Source: a virus (taxonomy: Duplodnaviria > Heunggongvirae > Uroviricota > Caudoviricetes). From it: a stretch of DNA of 64,000 nt. Made by a program: the position numbers and the translations under genes. Positions 37,744 through 46,846 of this stretch are shown piece by piece (the stretch's first letter is position 1; every line of letters begins with the position of its first letter). The stretch lies in IMG/VR virus record IMGVR_UViG_3300021138_000001. One strand, given 5' to 3'. A model generated the notes under the pieces. It saw only the letters and a program-made list of their open reading frames with translations, was not told where the DNA came from and made no database searches.

Positions 37744-37957
37744 AGAAACTGGACTAATTATTAAGGCCGTATGTTATATTACGATCCTTATCACTATTGC
37801 TTATTTTATGTTTCGTGTGGCTATTCCCTTTACTCTGGGTATGCCGTCTGATCTAGTGGTCCTCGCTATTCCTCTGCTTGTCGGTGGAACTATCGTTGGT
37901 CTGTTCTACCTCGGCTCTATCTTTTTCAACGACTTTACTTCTAAGAAGGATCAATAA
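37691..37957 (+). CDS. membrane protein
   Basis: Two predicted transmembrane helices. Confidence 0.3.
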   Translation: MNAPSIVYGLLKDFMVNKETGLIIKAVCYITILITIAYFMFRVAIPFTLGMPSDLVVLAIPLLVGGTIVGLFYLGSIFFNDFTSKKDQ

Positions 37958-37960
37958 TAC

Positions 37961-38791
37961 ATGCAACTTCGTAATGTAATTCTGTCTGTCTCTGCTGCTA
38001 TGCTGCTTACTGCTTGTGGTCCTAATGTACAAGTAGGTAATGTTGGCTTTCTAGTTAAGACTGTTGGTGAAGGTGCTGGTGTTCAACCACAACCGCTTGC
38101 TGTTGGGTATCACTTTACTGGTCCTAATGAGTATATCATCGAATACCCTGCTATCACTCGTACTTATCAGTGGACTAAGCCTGGGGATGGTGATAACAAG
38201 AACGCAAATGAAGAGTTTGCTTTCAATGACTCTACTGGTCTGCCTCTGACTGCTGATGTATCTGTTACTATGCACGTCGATCCTTCCAAGGTTGCAGAAA
38301 TCTATACCAAGTATAAGCTTGACTTTGATGCTCTGCGTGATGGTCCTGTGCGTGCATATGTTCGTACTTCTATTGCTCTGGAAGCTTCCAAGCTGACTTC
38401 AGATCAACTTTATACTGCTGCTCGTCAACAAGTCATTACTAATGCTCTGAAGGACGTTCAACAACACTTTGCTGGTTCTGGTATTGAAATCTCTGATCTA
38501 CAGTGGATCGGGTCTATTCGTTTCCCTGCTGCTGTAACTCAAGCAATTGAGAACAAGACCAAGGCTGACCAGGAAGCACAAGTTGCTGAGCGCCAAGTAC
38601 AAGTTGAAAAGAATCGTGCTGATGCTGCTGTTGCTAAGGCTCGTGGTGAAGCTGATGCTACTCGTATCAAGGGTGAAGCACTGCACGCTAACCCCCAAGT
38701 GCTGCAACAAGAGTGGATTTCCAAGTGGAATGGCGTTCTTCCAACCACTGTGACTGGTAGCAATACTATGATGATGGTAAAGCCCGACTGA
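37961..38791 (+). CDS. SPFH/band-7 (HflK/C-prohibitin-like) lipoprotein
   Basis: Lipobox LLTACG; coiled-coil Ala/Glu/Gln-rich segment typical of SPFH proteins. Confidence 0.45.
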   Translation: MQLRNVILSVSAAMLLTACGPNVQVGNVGFLVKTVGEGAGVQPQPLAVGYHFTGPNEYIIEYPAITRTYQWTKPGDGDNKNANEEFAFNDSTGLPLTADVSVTMHVDPSKVAEIYTKYKLDFDALRDGPVRAYVRTSIALEASKLTSDQLYTAARQQVITNALKDVQQHFAGSGIEISDLQWIGSIRFPAAVTQAIENKTKADQEAQVAERQVQVEKNRADAAVAKARGEADATRIKGEALHANPQVLQQEWISKWNGVLPTTVTGSNTMMMVKPD

Positions 38792-38878
38792 TATATAGTA
38801 AATAGTACATTGAAACAGCGTATTAGTAACCGTAAACCTATTAAACCCACAAAATCTAAGAAGATCGGAAGGTAAAAA

Positions 38879-38992
38879 ATGGAATTTGATGATTATGACT
38901 ATGATGTTGATGCTGATTATGACGACTATGATGATTATGACTATGACATGCAAGAGGATTACCCGGAAGACTTTGGGGATTTCGACTACTAA
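38879..38992 (+). CDS. tiny Asp/Tyr-rich acidic peptide (37 aa)
   Basis: MEFDDYDYDVDADYDDYDDYDYDMQEDYPEDFGDFDY; manual. Confidence 0.25.
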   Translation: MEFDDYDYDVDADYDDYDDYDYDMQEDYPEDFGDFDY

Positions 38993-39004
38993 CCTTTAAC
39001 CAAA

Positions 39005-39041
39005 GGGGATATGGGAAAAATTCCATATCCCCTCATTTTTT
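39005..39041 (+). terminator. rho-independent terminator
   Basis: GGGGATATGG-loop-CCATATCCCC followed by TCATTTTTTT. Confidence 0.6.
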
Positions 39042-39115
39042 TGTTGACGGTCGATTTAGCCTCTGTTAGCTTAGGGTCATAGGCGAAACGGTTTGCCTCC
39101 AAACAAGGGACTAAG

Positions 39116-39301
39116 ATGAAACTTCAGATGTGTTGTTCAGAATGTGGATCAAAAGATGTTTTGGTCGATGCCTGGGCAAGTTGGGATGAAGTAAACCAAG
39201 AATGGGAACTGTCTTCTACTTTTGACCAAGCTTTTTGTGAAGACTATAACAGTGAAACCTCTATTGATGAAATCGAGATTGAAGATGAAGCAAATGTCTA
39301 A
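39116..39301 (+). CDS. small Cys-containing hypothetical protein
   Basis: ORF track. Confidence 0.3.
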   Translation: MKLQMCCSECGSKDVLVDAWASWDEVNQEWELSSTFDQAFCEDYNSETSIDEIEIEDEANV

Positions 39302-39488
39302 TCGTGATTACGGCGTCTATGATGACGATGGTGAATTTTATGCGGCTCTTTTCCTTGACGATAAGGAAGTTGATGGTATGAACTTCTATAAGCGCAAGGA
39401 AGCTAAGGAATTTGGTAAGAAATGGGTCAAGGGTGGATGGAAGTCTATCTATCCTCACACTCCTGAAATGTGGGACAATGCAGAATGA
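39294..39488 (+). CDS. hypothetical protein (start trimmed)
   Basis: ATG overlapping upstream TAA. Confidence 0.3.
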   Translation: MSNRDYGVYDDDGEFYAALFLDDKEVDGMNFYKRKEAKEFGKKWVKGGWKSIYPHTPEMWDNAE

Positions 39489-39736
39489 ATGAAAATGAAA
39501 CGCTGTTCTCATTTAATGTGAACAAGAAAAAGACTAAGATTGTTGCTCTAACTGCTAGTGATGCAATGTATCAGGCTGTTAATCATTTCGATCTAGTCGA
39601 AGACTCTGGTGAATGGCTGATGGTTTCTCCCGGTAATTGGGCTGTTCCTACGGATGGTCCTGAATATACCTGGGTTACTGGTGATAATATTCTTAAGACT
39701 ACAAAGAGTCCTTGGGAAGCCTCCTGGCGTCATTAA
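39470..39736 (+). CDS. hypothetical protein
   Basis: ORF track. Confidence 0.3.
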   Translation: MGQCRMNENETLFSFNVNKKKTKIVALTASDAMYQAVNHFDLVEDSGEWLMVSPGNWAVPTDGPEYTWVTGDNILKTTKSPWEASWRH

Positions 39737-39749
39737 TAGGAAAGTAGTT

Positions 39750-39908
39750 ATGAAAATCTATTGGGTATTGGGATATGACCAATATTATCCCTTGGCTGAT
39801 AACTTTATGGATTCATTTGAAACCTATGAGGAAGCGGCTGAATATGCTGCTAAACGTCCGGGAAATCGTGACCATTACAACGTGATAAACATTTCGGATA
39901 GGCTCTAA
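39750..39908 (+). CDS. small hypothetical protein (52 aa)
   Basis: Ribosome-binding site AGGAAAG upstream. Confidence 0.3.
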   Translation: MKIYWVLGYDQYYPLADNFMDSFETYEEAAEYAAKRPGNRDHYNVINISDRL

Positions 39909-40084
39909 AAAACTTGTTGACGGGGCGATAGGATTGTGAGAGATTGTGGTTATCAAGAAAGGGAACGACATGAAATCGAGAAATCCTATCGCCCGCTTTG
40001 CACACAAATGTAATGTGGCAAAGGCTTTCCCTGCCAAAAAGGGAAAGGGTTCCGTTTTTAAACGCGATAAAAAGGTTGACACCG

Positions 40085-40306
40085 ATGTTTAAAGAATTTA
40101 AGATGCGCGAAGGTCTGGAAATTTTTAATAGGTCTCATGGCGGCGGTGGGTCGTCATGGTCTATGAAGGGATTTAATGACTTGACTGAAGCTGAAGCATA
40201 TGCTAAGTATATCCAGGAATCTCTTTGGGGATATGGTAGTACGGCTAATGTTCACACTAAGCCGGAACTTTATGTTTCGTGCCATTGCTATAATTCTTGT
40301 GATTAG
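40085..40306 (+). CDS. hypothetical protein (start trimmed)
   Basis: ORF 39998..40306 internal ATG. Confidence 0.3.
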   Translation: MFKEFKMREGLEIFNRSHGGGGSSWSMKGFNDLTEAEAYAKYIQESLWGYGSTANVHTKPELYVSCHCYNSCD

Positions 40307-40314
40307 GGGATAGT

Positions 40315-40638
40315 ATGTCGGTTAAGGCTAGGATTGAACTTGAGCAACGTATTGTCAAGATGACTATTGATGCCAGTCTAAAGGCTGGTTATGCTCTAGG
40401 CGTCTATGATGGTGAAGAATTTGTTGTTAAAAATTCCAAAGATGCTGATGAAATCTTTGGTGCTATGTTTAGCACTGATGAGGATACACTTTGCTTTTAC
40501 AATGAATCGAAAAAACGTATCGGCTGGGTTTACTTTATCTATGGCAATGATGGTTATGATGTCATCAGTGATTACACCACTAATCTTGAAGATGTCTTGA
40601 AGCCGATTAACGAATATTGCGATAGCTATATGGATTGA
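40315..40638 (+). CDS. hypothetical protein
   Basis: ORF track. Confidence 0.3.
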   Translation: MSVKARIELEQRIVKMTIDASLKAGYALGVYDGEEFVVKNSKDADEIFGAMFSTDEDTLCFYNESKKRIGWVYFIYGNDGYDVISDYTTNLEDVLKPINEYCDSYMD

Positions 40639-40673
40639 TCTAACTCTCTGATTTTCCCAACGAAATTTTTTTG

Positions 40674-40716
40674 TTGACACCCTGATTGGCCTATGAGATT
40701 ATGGGTCATCGAAACA
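40674..40716 (+). promoter_or_regulatory. sigma70-like promoter (TTGACA, 17 nt, GATTAT) plus conserved leader GGGTCATCGAAAC
   Basis: Exact TTGACA; leader shared with 42435 and 44518 cassettes. Confidence 0.5.
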
Positions 40717-40730
40717 AACGGAGATACCAA

Positions 40731-41042
40731 ATGGCCTACGCTTCTATTAATGTCGAAGTTGATCTGGATCAAGTGATTGAAAATTTCGATGTGTCTGACA
40801 TCCTGTGTGGACTTCTGTCTAACGATATCATTGAATATATCGTGGAAGACGCGCCTAACCGACTGATTGCTGCTTTGCGTGATGCTGGCGAATTGCCCGA
40901 AAATGCTGGAATTTTCTTTGAAATTGAGGAAAAGACTGCTATGCTTCAGGCTCTTGACATTTATGTCGCTGTCCAAAAGGCTACTGGTACGGGAATTATG
41001 ACCCAAAGCGAAATTTCTAGCTTGCGTGAAAAGCTGATCTAG
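40731..41042 (+). CDS. hypothetical protein (start after leader ACGGAGATACCAA)
   Basis: ORF 40686..41042 trimmed. Confidence 0.35.
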   Translation: MAYASINVEVDLDQVIENFDVSDILCGLLSNDIIEYIVEDAPNRLIAALRDAGELPENAGIFFEIEEKTAMLQALDIYVAVQKATGTGIMTQSEISSLREKLI

Positions 41043-41055
41043 GGTATGGTGACTT

Positions 41056-41090
41056 TATGGGAAGGCAATCGCGCCTTCCCATATTTTTCT
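41056..41090 (+). terminator. rho-independent terminator
   Basis: TATGGGAAGGC-AATCGC-GCCTTCCCATA then TTTTTCT. Confidence 0.65.
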
Positions 41091-41279
41091 GAAAAAAGAT
41101 TGTTGACAGATGAAAACTTATCGGTTAGTCTGGGAAATAGATATTGAGGCCGATAGCCCGACTGAAGCGGCTATCATTGCCAGAAATATTCAGCTTGACA
41201 GTGTGTCAACTGCTACTGTATTTGATGTATATGATGGTAATATCTTCGTCGAGTCTGTTGATTTAATCGGATAAGGTCA

Positions 41280-41717
41280 ATGATGAATAACGATCAAAAG
41301 CAAGCGATTGCTCAATATATCAATGCACCTAAGCATATCTATGCTTGCGCTGATGCAATTCGATATGATCTGATGCATGGTCCCTGCTGGTCACTGATTC
41401 CGCAAGGTATCATTGAAGACTTTACTATGGATCATGTTGCAACCTTTTATGATGATCTGGTGGATGCTATCATTGAAGGTGATGTAGTAGAAGAAACCTA
41501 TACCGGAATTGTTGCGGATACTCTGCGACAATATATTGACGAATTGCCTTGCGAACTGTATATTGAATGTGATACCGATTGCGTGATGGACAGTGAGCCG
41601 CAATGGGATTGGGATGAAGAATTGGGCGAAGATATCGAGCCTATGCCTTACTACATTGTGACGCATAAGTCTATTGTTGAAGCGGTGTTTGGTCCTACTA
41701 TTGCAAAGGAATTCTAA
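41280..41717 (+). CDS. hypothetical acidic protein
   Basis: ORF track. Confidence 0.3.
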   Translation: MMNNDQKQAIAQYINAPKHIYACADAIRYDLMHGPCWSLIPQGIIEDFTMDHVATFYDDLVDAIIEGDVVEETYTGIVADTLRQYIDELPCELYIECDTDCVMDSEPQWDWDEELGEDIEPMPYYIVTHKSIVEAVFGPTIAKEF

Positions 41718-41719
41718 TA

Positions 41720-41986
41720 ATGATTGCCTTTACTAAGATTAGTAATATCAAGATTAGCTATAGTGCTGATGATTGGCAATTGTATAATATTGATGGTCGT
41801 GATCGTGCGGCTGATGAATTGAATGCTGGTATGGCTGAGCTTATGTCTAATTGGCCTAGTAAGGCTGATGTAAATTGGAAGGAAATTGAAAATCTTCTGT
41901 TCAGCTATGCTGATTATGGCGCGGCGTATAGTGAAGGTTATCAAATGGTTGACTATATCTTTAGCAAGGTTTATGGAGAATACTAA
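41720..41986 (+). CDS. hypothetical protein
   Basis: ORF track. Confidence 0.3.
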   Translation: MIAFTKISNIKISYSADDWQLYNIDGRDRAADELNAGMAELMSNWPSKADVNWKEIENLLFSYADYGAAYSEGYQMVDYIFSKVYGEY

Positions 41987-42372
41987 TGCGCGCTCAAGAA
42001 ATCTTTGATACTGTAGCGACTCATCTGTTTACTCAAGGTAGACGAGCAATTACTATCGATGAGCAATGTGCGTATAAGACCAATGACGGTCTTAAGTGTG
42101 CTGTCGGTTGTCTTATTCCTGATGATATGTATTCTTCTAAGATGGAAAATACGGATGTTGTGACTCTTTTAGCATTTCAATCTGATTATGGGTATACTAT
42201 TCCTAAGTATTTTGCTCGAAATCAAGACATGCTTTCTCAGCTTCAGACTATTCATGATGATGAGTATTCTTGGTTATCCACTGAAGATATGAAGGATGCA
42301 CTTAAGAAAGTTGCTCGAAATCATCATCTTAAGATGTCTGTACTGAATAACCTTTCCTTCGAGGACCGATAA
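41986..42372 (+). CDS. hypothetical protein
   Basis: ORF track. Confidence 0.3.
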   Translation: MRAQEIFDTVATHLFTQGRRAITIDEQCAYKTNDGLKCAVGCLIPDDMYSSKMENTDVVTLLAFQSDYGYTIPKYFARNQDMLSQLQTIHDDEYSWLSTEDMKDALKKVARNHHLKMSVLNNLSFEDR

Positions 42373-42390
42373 TACTCCACAAATACTTTA

Positions 42391-42431
42391 GCCCATATGT
42401 GAGAGATTTTTTTCACATATGGGCATTTTTT
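42391..42431 (+). terminator. rho-independent terminator
   Basis: GCCCATATGTGAG-loop-CACATATGGGC then TTTTTTC. Confidence 0.65.
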
Positions 42432-42434
42432 CGT

Positions 42435-42492
42435 TTGACATAGTGTTTTAGCTAGTGCATAGTTAGTCCATCGAAACACGGGAAACACGGAT
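42435..42492 (+). promoter_or_regulatory. sigma70-like promoter (TTGACA) plus conserved leader GTCCATCGAAACACGGGAAACACGGATATG
   Basis: Exact TTGACA 42435-42440; leader motif CATCGAAAC. Confidence 0.5.
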
Positions 42493-43131
42493 ATGATCCG
42501 CCTCTCTAAAGCTTCTAAAATGCCGGGTAAGTCGTGGTCATTACAGGCGCGGGAAACATGTCCCGGCTCTATTGATCCGGCGACTAAGACGCTATTGCCG
42601 GTTTGTGCGGGCTGCTATGCCACGCAAGGGAACTATGTTTTTCCTAATGTCAAAGCGCCGCGCGAAGAAAACCGCAAGGATTGGAAACGCGAAGACTGGG
42701 TTTCTGATATGGTTGCTGCTATCGCCAAAGAAAAGTTTTTTCGTTGGTTTGATAGTGGCGACGTGTATCATCCTGGTTTGGCTGAAAAGATTTACTATGT
42801 GATGGAACAAACGCCGCACGTTAGGCATTGGCTCCCTACTAAGTCTTACAATATCCCCAAAATTCGCTTTTGGCTGAATATGATGAAAGAATTGCCTAAT
42901 GTGGCGGTTCGCTTTTCTTCGCCTACGGTAGATGGTATGTTTAGCGCGGAACATGGTTCCTGCGTAGTGCCAAGTTTTGATAGTGACACGCAAGCTAATG
43001 CCGTTTGCGATGCTTATGAACGGGACGGTAAATGCGGCGATTGTCGCGTTTGTTGGGATAAAACGGTTGACGTTGTTGCGTATGTGGCGCATAGTAAGAA
43101 GCTGATTAAGCAATTGAAGGCTGCGGCATAA
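42493..43131 (+). CDS. Cys-rich hypothetical protein
   Basis: ORF; clusters CPGS...C.GC near N-terminus, CGDCRVC near C-terminus. Confidence 0.35.
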   Translation: MIRLSKASKMPGKSWSLQARETCPGSIDPATKTLLPVCAGCYATQGNYVFPNVKAPREENRKDWKREDWVSDMVAAIAKEKFFRWFDSGDVYHPGLAEKIYYVMEQTPHVRHWLPTKSYNIPKIRFWLNMMKELPNVAVRFSSPTVDGMFSAEHGSCVVPSFDSDTQANAVCDAYERDGKCGDCRVCWDKTVDVVAYVAHSKKLIKQLKAAA

Positions 43132-43132
43132 A

Positions 43133-43315
43133 ATGAAAAGCGTTAGCGAACGGTTTGAAGACTTTGTAAATAGCGGCGCGAAGGAACAATATCCTGATGA
43201 TAGGGAAAGGCAATATGCCTATTCATATGGATATATGAATAGTATTATCGAAATACTGTCTGTGCGAGTCCCCGGAGTAGCTGAATACCTCGAAAACTAT
43301 ATTAAGGAAAATTGA
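43133..43315 (+). CDS. hypothetical protein
   Basis: ORF track. Confidence 0.3.
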   Translation: MKSVSERFEDFVNSGAKEQYPDDRERQYAYSYGYMNSIIEILSVRVPGVAEYLENYIKEN

Positions 43316-43320
43316 TAGCT

Positions 43321-43806
43321 ATGGCTTATATTGAAAATTCTAACAAAGTCTCTGGCAATGCTAATGTCTATGGCGATGCTCTAGTCTATGGCGATGCTGT
43401 AGTCTCTGGCAATGCTAATGTCTTTGGCGATGCTAAGATCCATGGCGATGCTCATGTCTATGGCGATGCTCTAGTCTATGGCGATGCTGTAGTCTCTGGC
43501 AATGCTAATGTCTCTGGCAATGCTTTTGTCTCTGGTGAAGCGAATATTTCATCTAATGATGATTGGTTTAGCCTGATCTATAGTGGTAAGACTTTGACTG
43601 GATATCGCTCTCGCAATGCTGATGGTTATGAACTGAATATTGATGGTCTCGCGGTCACTATTGGTGATGTGGCTGATGATCTGACGCCCAATCAATTGAA
43701 TGCGATTGATAAGTGGTCTAAGCCTACAAAGTCTGAGATTGATATTAGGATTGAAGCCCTGAAGACTGAATTGGCTGCTTTGGAACAAGCTATTAAGGAT
43801 CGTTAA
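43321..43806 (+). CDS. YGNAxV hexapeptide-repeat protein, paralog 3 (MAYIEN start; conserved C-terminal domain EANISSNDDWFS..RSRNADGYE)
   Basis: Repeats VYGDA(L/V)V / VSGNANV; C-terminal domain shared with 44001..44324. Confidence 0.55.
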   Translation: MAYIENSNKVSGNANVYGDALVYGDAVVSGNANVFGDAKIHGDAHVYGDALVYGDAVVSGNANVSGNAFVSGEANISSNDDWFSLIYSGKTLTGYRSRNADGYELNIDGLAVTIGDVADDLTPNQLNAIDKWSKPTKSEIDIRIEALKTELAALEQAIKDR

Positions 43807-44000
43807 TACAATGCACCGAGTAGGAATTCCTGATGATCTACTGGAACAAGCTATTGCAATACTGTATAGACTTGAGGAAGATGCCGAAGAACTTGGTTAT
43901 TATAGTAGATCAAACGAAGCGATTAGAATCGCTGATGAACTAAAAGTATATTTTAATGAAAACAAACAATAATCTACTAAAATAACTAAGGAACGCACAA

Positions 44001-44324
44001 ATGGCTTATATTGAAAACGAGAATAAGGTCTATGGCAGTGCTTATGTCTCTGGCAATGCTAAGGTCTATGGCAATGCTAATGTCTATGGCAATGCTGTAG
44101 TCTCTGGCGATGCTAGTGTCTATGGTGAAGCGAATATTTCATCTAATGATGATTGGTTTTCTATTACTATTCAGAATAAGATCATTACTGCCTATAAGTC
44201 TCGTAATGCTGATGGTTACGAAATCAATATCAATGGAATCAATAAAACCCTGGATGAAGTGAAACAATACTTCGGTTCTATTCAATGTGAACTAATCGAA
44301 TCCTGGAATAAACAATTGAACTAA
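44001..44324 (+). CDS. YGNAxV hexapeptide-repeat protein, paralog 4 (MAYIEN start)
   Basis: VYGSAYVSGNAKVYGNANVYGNAVVSGDASVYGEANISSNDDWFS. Confidence 0.55.
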   Translation: MAYIENENKVYGSAYVSGNAKVYGNANVYGNAVVSGDASVYGEANISSNDDWFSITIQNKIITAYKSRNADGYEININGINKTLDEVKQYFGSIQCELIESWNKQLN

Positions 44325-44517
44325 TAATGATATAATAAAGTAGTGTAAACATAAGACTCAATACACACTGAATACACACTGAAATAAAAAACTGTACTAC
44401 ACACCCAATGTGTATAGTGAAAAGTGATGTATTTAGACTTAGAAAAGAATGCCCTTTATTATGGGTTTGGCTTCTGTATGAGGCATGTGATTGATTTCTA
44501 TGGGGAAAAATAATTTA

Positions 44518-44580
44518 TTGACACGCAAACGCTGATAGGCCATTATGGGGACATCGAAACGCGGCTAGGGAATAACGGAT
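44518..44580 (+). promoter_or_regulatory. sigma70-like promoter (TTGACA, 17 nt, CATTAT) plus conserved leader GGGGACATCGAAAC...ACGGATATG
   Basis: Exact TTGACA 44518-44523; CATTAT 44541-44546. Confidence 0.55.
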
Positions 44581-44766
44581 ATGGAATTCGCCTCTGGTGC
44601 TGAAGCTGTGGCCTATTATTATTCCAAAGGTTTTTTCTATCGTGCGGAAGATATCTCTCGCTTAGATTATCGGATCATGTATAATCCCGATACGAATCAG
44701 GCGGTGGAAATCGAGCACAAAGGTTTTCTTTCTTGGGTTGCGGCTGAAATTCAAAATTTTTATTAA
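44581..44766 (+). CDS. hypothetical protein
   Basis: ORF track. Confidence 0.3.
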   Translation: MEFASGAEAVAYYYSKGFFYRAEDISRLDYRIMYNPDTNQAVEIEHKGFLSWVAAEIQNFY

Positions 44767-44775
44767 AAAAAGGTT

Positions 44776-44804
44776 TGACAGACTAAATCGCCTCTGATAC
44801 CTTA
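44776..44804 (+). promoter_or_regulatory. sigma70-like promoter (TTGACA, 17 nt, TACCTT)
   Basis: Exact TTGACA after A/T-run. Confidence 0.4.
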
Positions 44805-44829
44805 GATAAATCGAAGCAAGGAACACAAA

Positions 44830-45105
44830 ATGTCTTACAATGGTTGGACTAATCGCGAGACTTGGTTGGTCAATATCTGGTTTGGTGATGATGATTACCT
44901 TACGGATATGTCTGCGGCTGAAATTCAGAACGTCGTTGCTGAATACGTCGAAGAAAAGATCGGCGAAAGCGGCGGTTTCATCTATGATATGATCAATTTT
45001 GAATGTATTGATTGGGATGAGCTCGCCGACCATCACAAGTCTGATGATGAACTGGAAGATGATGACGATACTATTCAAGACGAAGATGATGAAATCGAAG
45101 AATAA
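44830..45105 (+). CDS. highly acidic hypothetical protein
   Basis: ORF; C-terminal DDELEDDDDTIQDEDDEIEE. Confidence 0.3.
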   Translation: MSYNGWTNRETWLVNIWFGDDDYLTDMSAAEIQNVVAEYVEEKIGESGGFIYDMINFECIDWDELADHHKSDDELEDDDDTIQDEDDEIEE

Positions 45106-45310
45106 CTAAATAGAATTAGAATTAAAGCTTGGTCTAAGCCTTACCAACCTACGGGAATTTGGAGTAGCTTAGACCAAGCGGATATTCTAGACTAATCTAG
45201 TGCTCCCCGGCAGGTATATCCTAGGCCATGATAGGGCACTACAGGAACAATAGAACAAAAGAGAACTGCGGTCTTTGACAATTAAATAGAAATTCTTCTA
45301 TCAGAAACAA

Positions 45311-45535
45311 ATGCGTTTCATGATATACTTTTTTTTGTTTGAAAGGTGTGGATCAATGCTTGGTTATATTGCGGGATATAATGGTAAAACTGTTGAAATA
45401 ACTGCGAGTAGTTTATATGCGGCCAAAATTGCTGCGACCATGCTACTAAATGCGCCTAAGTCTAAGGTGCATATGGTATGGGTTGCTTTGGCTGAAAAGG
45501 ATGGTGAGCCCGTTATACACATGGCGGTTGATTAA
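45311..45535 (+). CDS. hypothetical protein
   Basis: ORF track. Confidence 0.3.
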   Translation: MRFMIYFFLFERCGSMLGYIAGYNGKTVEITASSLYAAKIAATMLLNAPKSKVHMVWVALAEKDGEPVIHMAVD

Positions 45536-45657
45536 AGGTGCGGCAATGAAGCAAAAAAGTCTCTTGACACGCGCTGAAAGACAAGCTATCTTACGTGAGT
45601 ACTTAGGCAAGCGCAACGTGCTCTCGCCTATTCCCAAAGCGGCTTAAGGATCACAAG

Positions 45658-45894
45658 ATGAATCGCCCTCTCTATACTATCGCCTCGGATATCCGCAAGG
45701 CTTGGCCCAAGGTTAACTTTGCAGCTAAACCTTACCTTGACGCAATGTCTTCTCTGAATACTATGCAAGATGACTATTATTGCGACTCTGCTAAGTCTGT
45801 TGTTCTCTATTTCCTTTCCAACGCTTCGACCTTTCGCGGCGAACAAGCAAAGTCGCTGAAGGATGAACTAAAGGCAATGCTTAAGAGCGCCTAA
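45658..45894 (+). CDS. hypothetical protein
   Basis: ORF track. Confidence 0.3.
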   Translation: MNRPLYTIASDIRKAWPKVNFAAKPYLDAMSSLNTMQDDYYCDSAKSVVLYFLSNASTFRGEQAKSLKDELKAMLKSA

Positions 45895-46149
45895 TACTTG
45901 AACCGGAGGGGATTAGACTTGATCTAATCCCCTCTATACTTTGGAGCAAATACAAATGGCCCGTTTGATTGTTGAATTTGCAGTATTGACGATTTTTTTG
46001 ATCGTTCTTACTTGCCTATATATGACCTATACCTAACTAGACTGTATAGAGCAAAGCAGATTAAGGTTAAATTTTCGCGATTTCCCCATTGTTCCCTAAC
46101 CCATTGAAATTGCAGAGAAAAATAATTTTTCGGAGCATGTATTGAAGGG

Positions 46150-46178
46150 TTGACACCAAGTATTGTTATTGATAAGGT
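46150..46178 (+). promoter_or_regulatory. sigma70-like promoter (TTGACA, 17 nt, TAAGGT) leading into GC-rich hairpin cluster
   Basis: Exact TTGACA 46150-46155. Confidence 0.4.
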
Positions 46179-46290
46179 GGCTTCGCCACCGGGGGATTCG
46201 CCCCCGGCCGGCGGGGACGGACTCCCCGGCGATCTTTGACATTGTGAACCCCTAACCAAGGCGCGCGGCATTCCGTTGCGCGCCTAATCC
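46175..46290 (+). other. cluster of four consecutive GC-rich stem-loops
   Basis: GGTGGC-TTC-GCCACC; GGGGG-ATTCG-CCCCC; CGGGGA-CGGA-CTCCCCG; GGCGCGC-GGCATTCCGTT-GCGCGCC; GC content far above the rest of the window. Confidence 0.5.
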
Positions 46291-46319
46291 TTCACATCAC
46301 ATCAAAAGGAACTAAACAA

Positions 46320-46580
46320 ATGTTCGCTTCTCTCAATATCGGTTACGGCGCTACCTTCGCCCTCTCGATCGCCGATGCCGCCAAGGTTATGGAAATACTC
46401 GGCAAGGCGAAGCGCATCGAGTCAACCTATGTCGGCGGCGAAGACTATCGCACGGTTACTTATGAAATCGAGCCGGCTAATATTGAAATGCGCGTGTTGA
46501 ACGGTGAAATCTACTCGAAAGAGCAAGTTGAACAATTCAAGGCGGAAGATAAGGCGCGAAAGGAACAAGAGCAAGCCTAG
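46320..46580 (+). CDS. GC-rich hypothetical protein
   Basis: ORF track; codon composition differs from surroundings. Confidence 0.35.
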   Translation: MFASLNIGYGATFALSIADAAKVMEILGKAKRIESTYVGGEDYRTVTYEIEPANIEMRVLNGEIYSKEQVEQFKAEDKARKEQEQA

Positions 46581-46592
46581 TCGAAAGCAATA

Positions 46593-46626
46593 CAGAGGCG
46601 GATTAAACCCCGCCTCTGTTCTTTTC
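46593..46626 (+). terminator. rho-independent terminator
   Basis: CAGAGGCGG-ATTAAACC-CCGCCTCTG then TTCTTTTC. Confidence 0.6.
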
Positions 46627-46649
46627 AATACAACAAAAGGTCAAAGCAA

Positions 46650-46835
46650 ATGCAACAAACGACGCTCGCCCAAAGCATTCGCCACGGTTTCTTTAGCGAA
46701 CGCGAGACTTTAAAAGACGCTATGCAGTACGCCTACAGTATTGCGCAAGCGTCGAATTCGCCTATTCATGTAATGACGGCAATACATGTCGTCATGAATA
46801 CTCTAGCTAATGAAATGGAGAAGCAAACGGCCTAG
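46650..46835 (+). CDS. GC-rich hypothetical protein
   Basis: ORF track. Confidence 0.35.
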   Translation: MQQTTLAQSIRHGFFSERETLKDAMQYAYSIAQASNSPIHVMTAIHVVMNTLANEMEKQTA

Positions 46836-46846
46836 TATCTGTCAAG

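Noticed and set aside
38498-38953. Minus-strand ORFs 38498..38953 and 38539..38850 overlapping the SPFH gene
   Set aside because: They are antisense to a well-supported lipoprotein gene with signal peptide. They have no RBS and atypical composition.
46008-46271. Minus-strand ORF 46008..46271 (Pro/Gly/Ser-rich) across the GC hairpin cluster
   Set aside because: The reading frame is created by the GC-rich palindromic hairpins. It is low complexity and was treated as non-coding structure.
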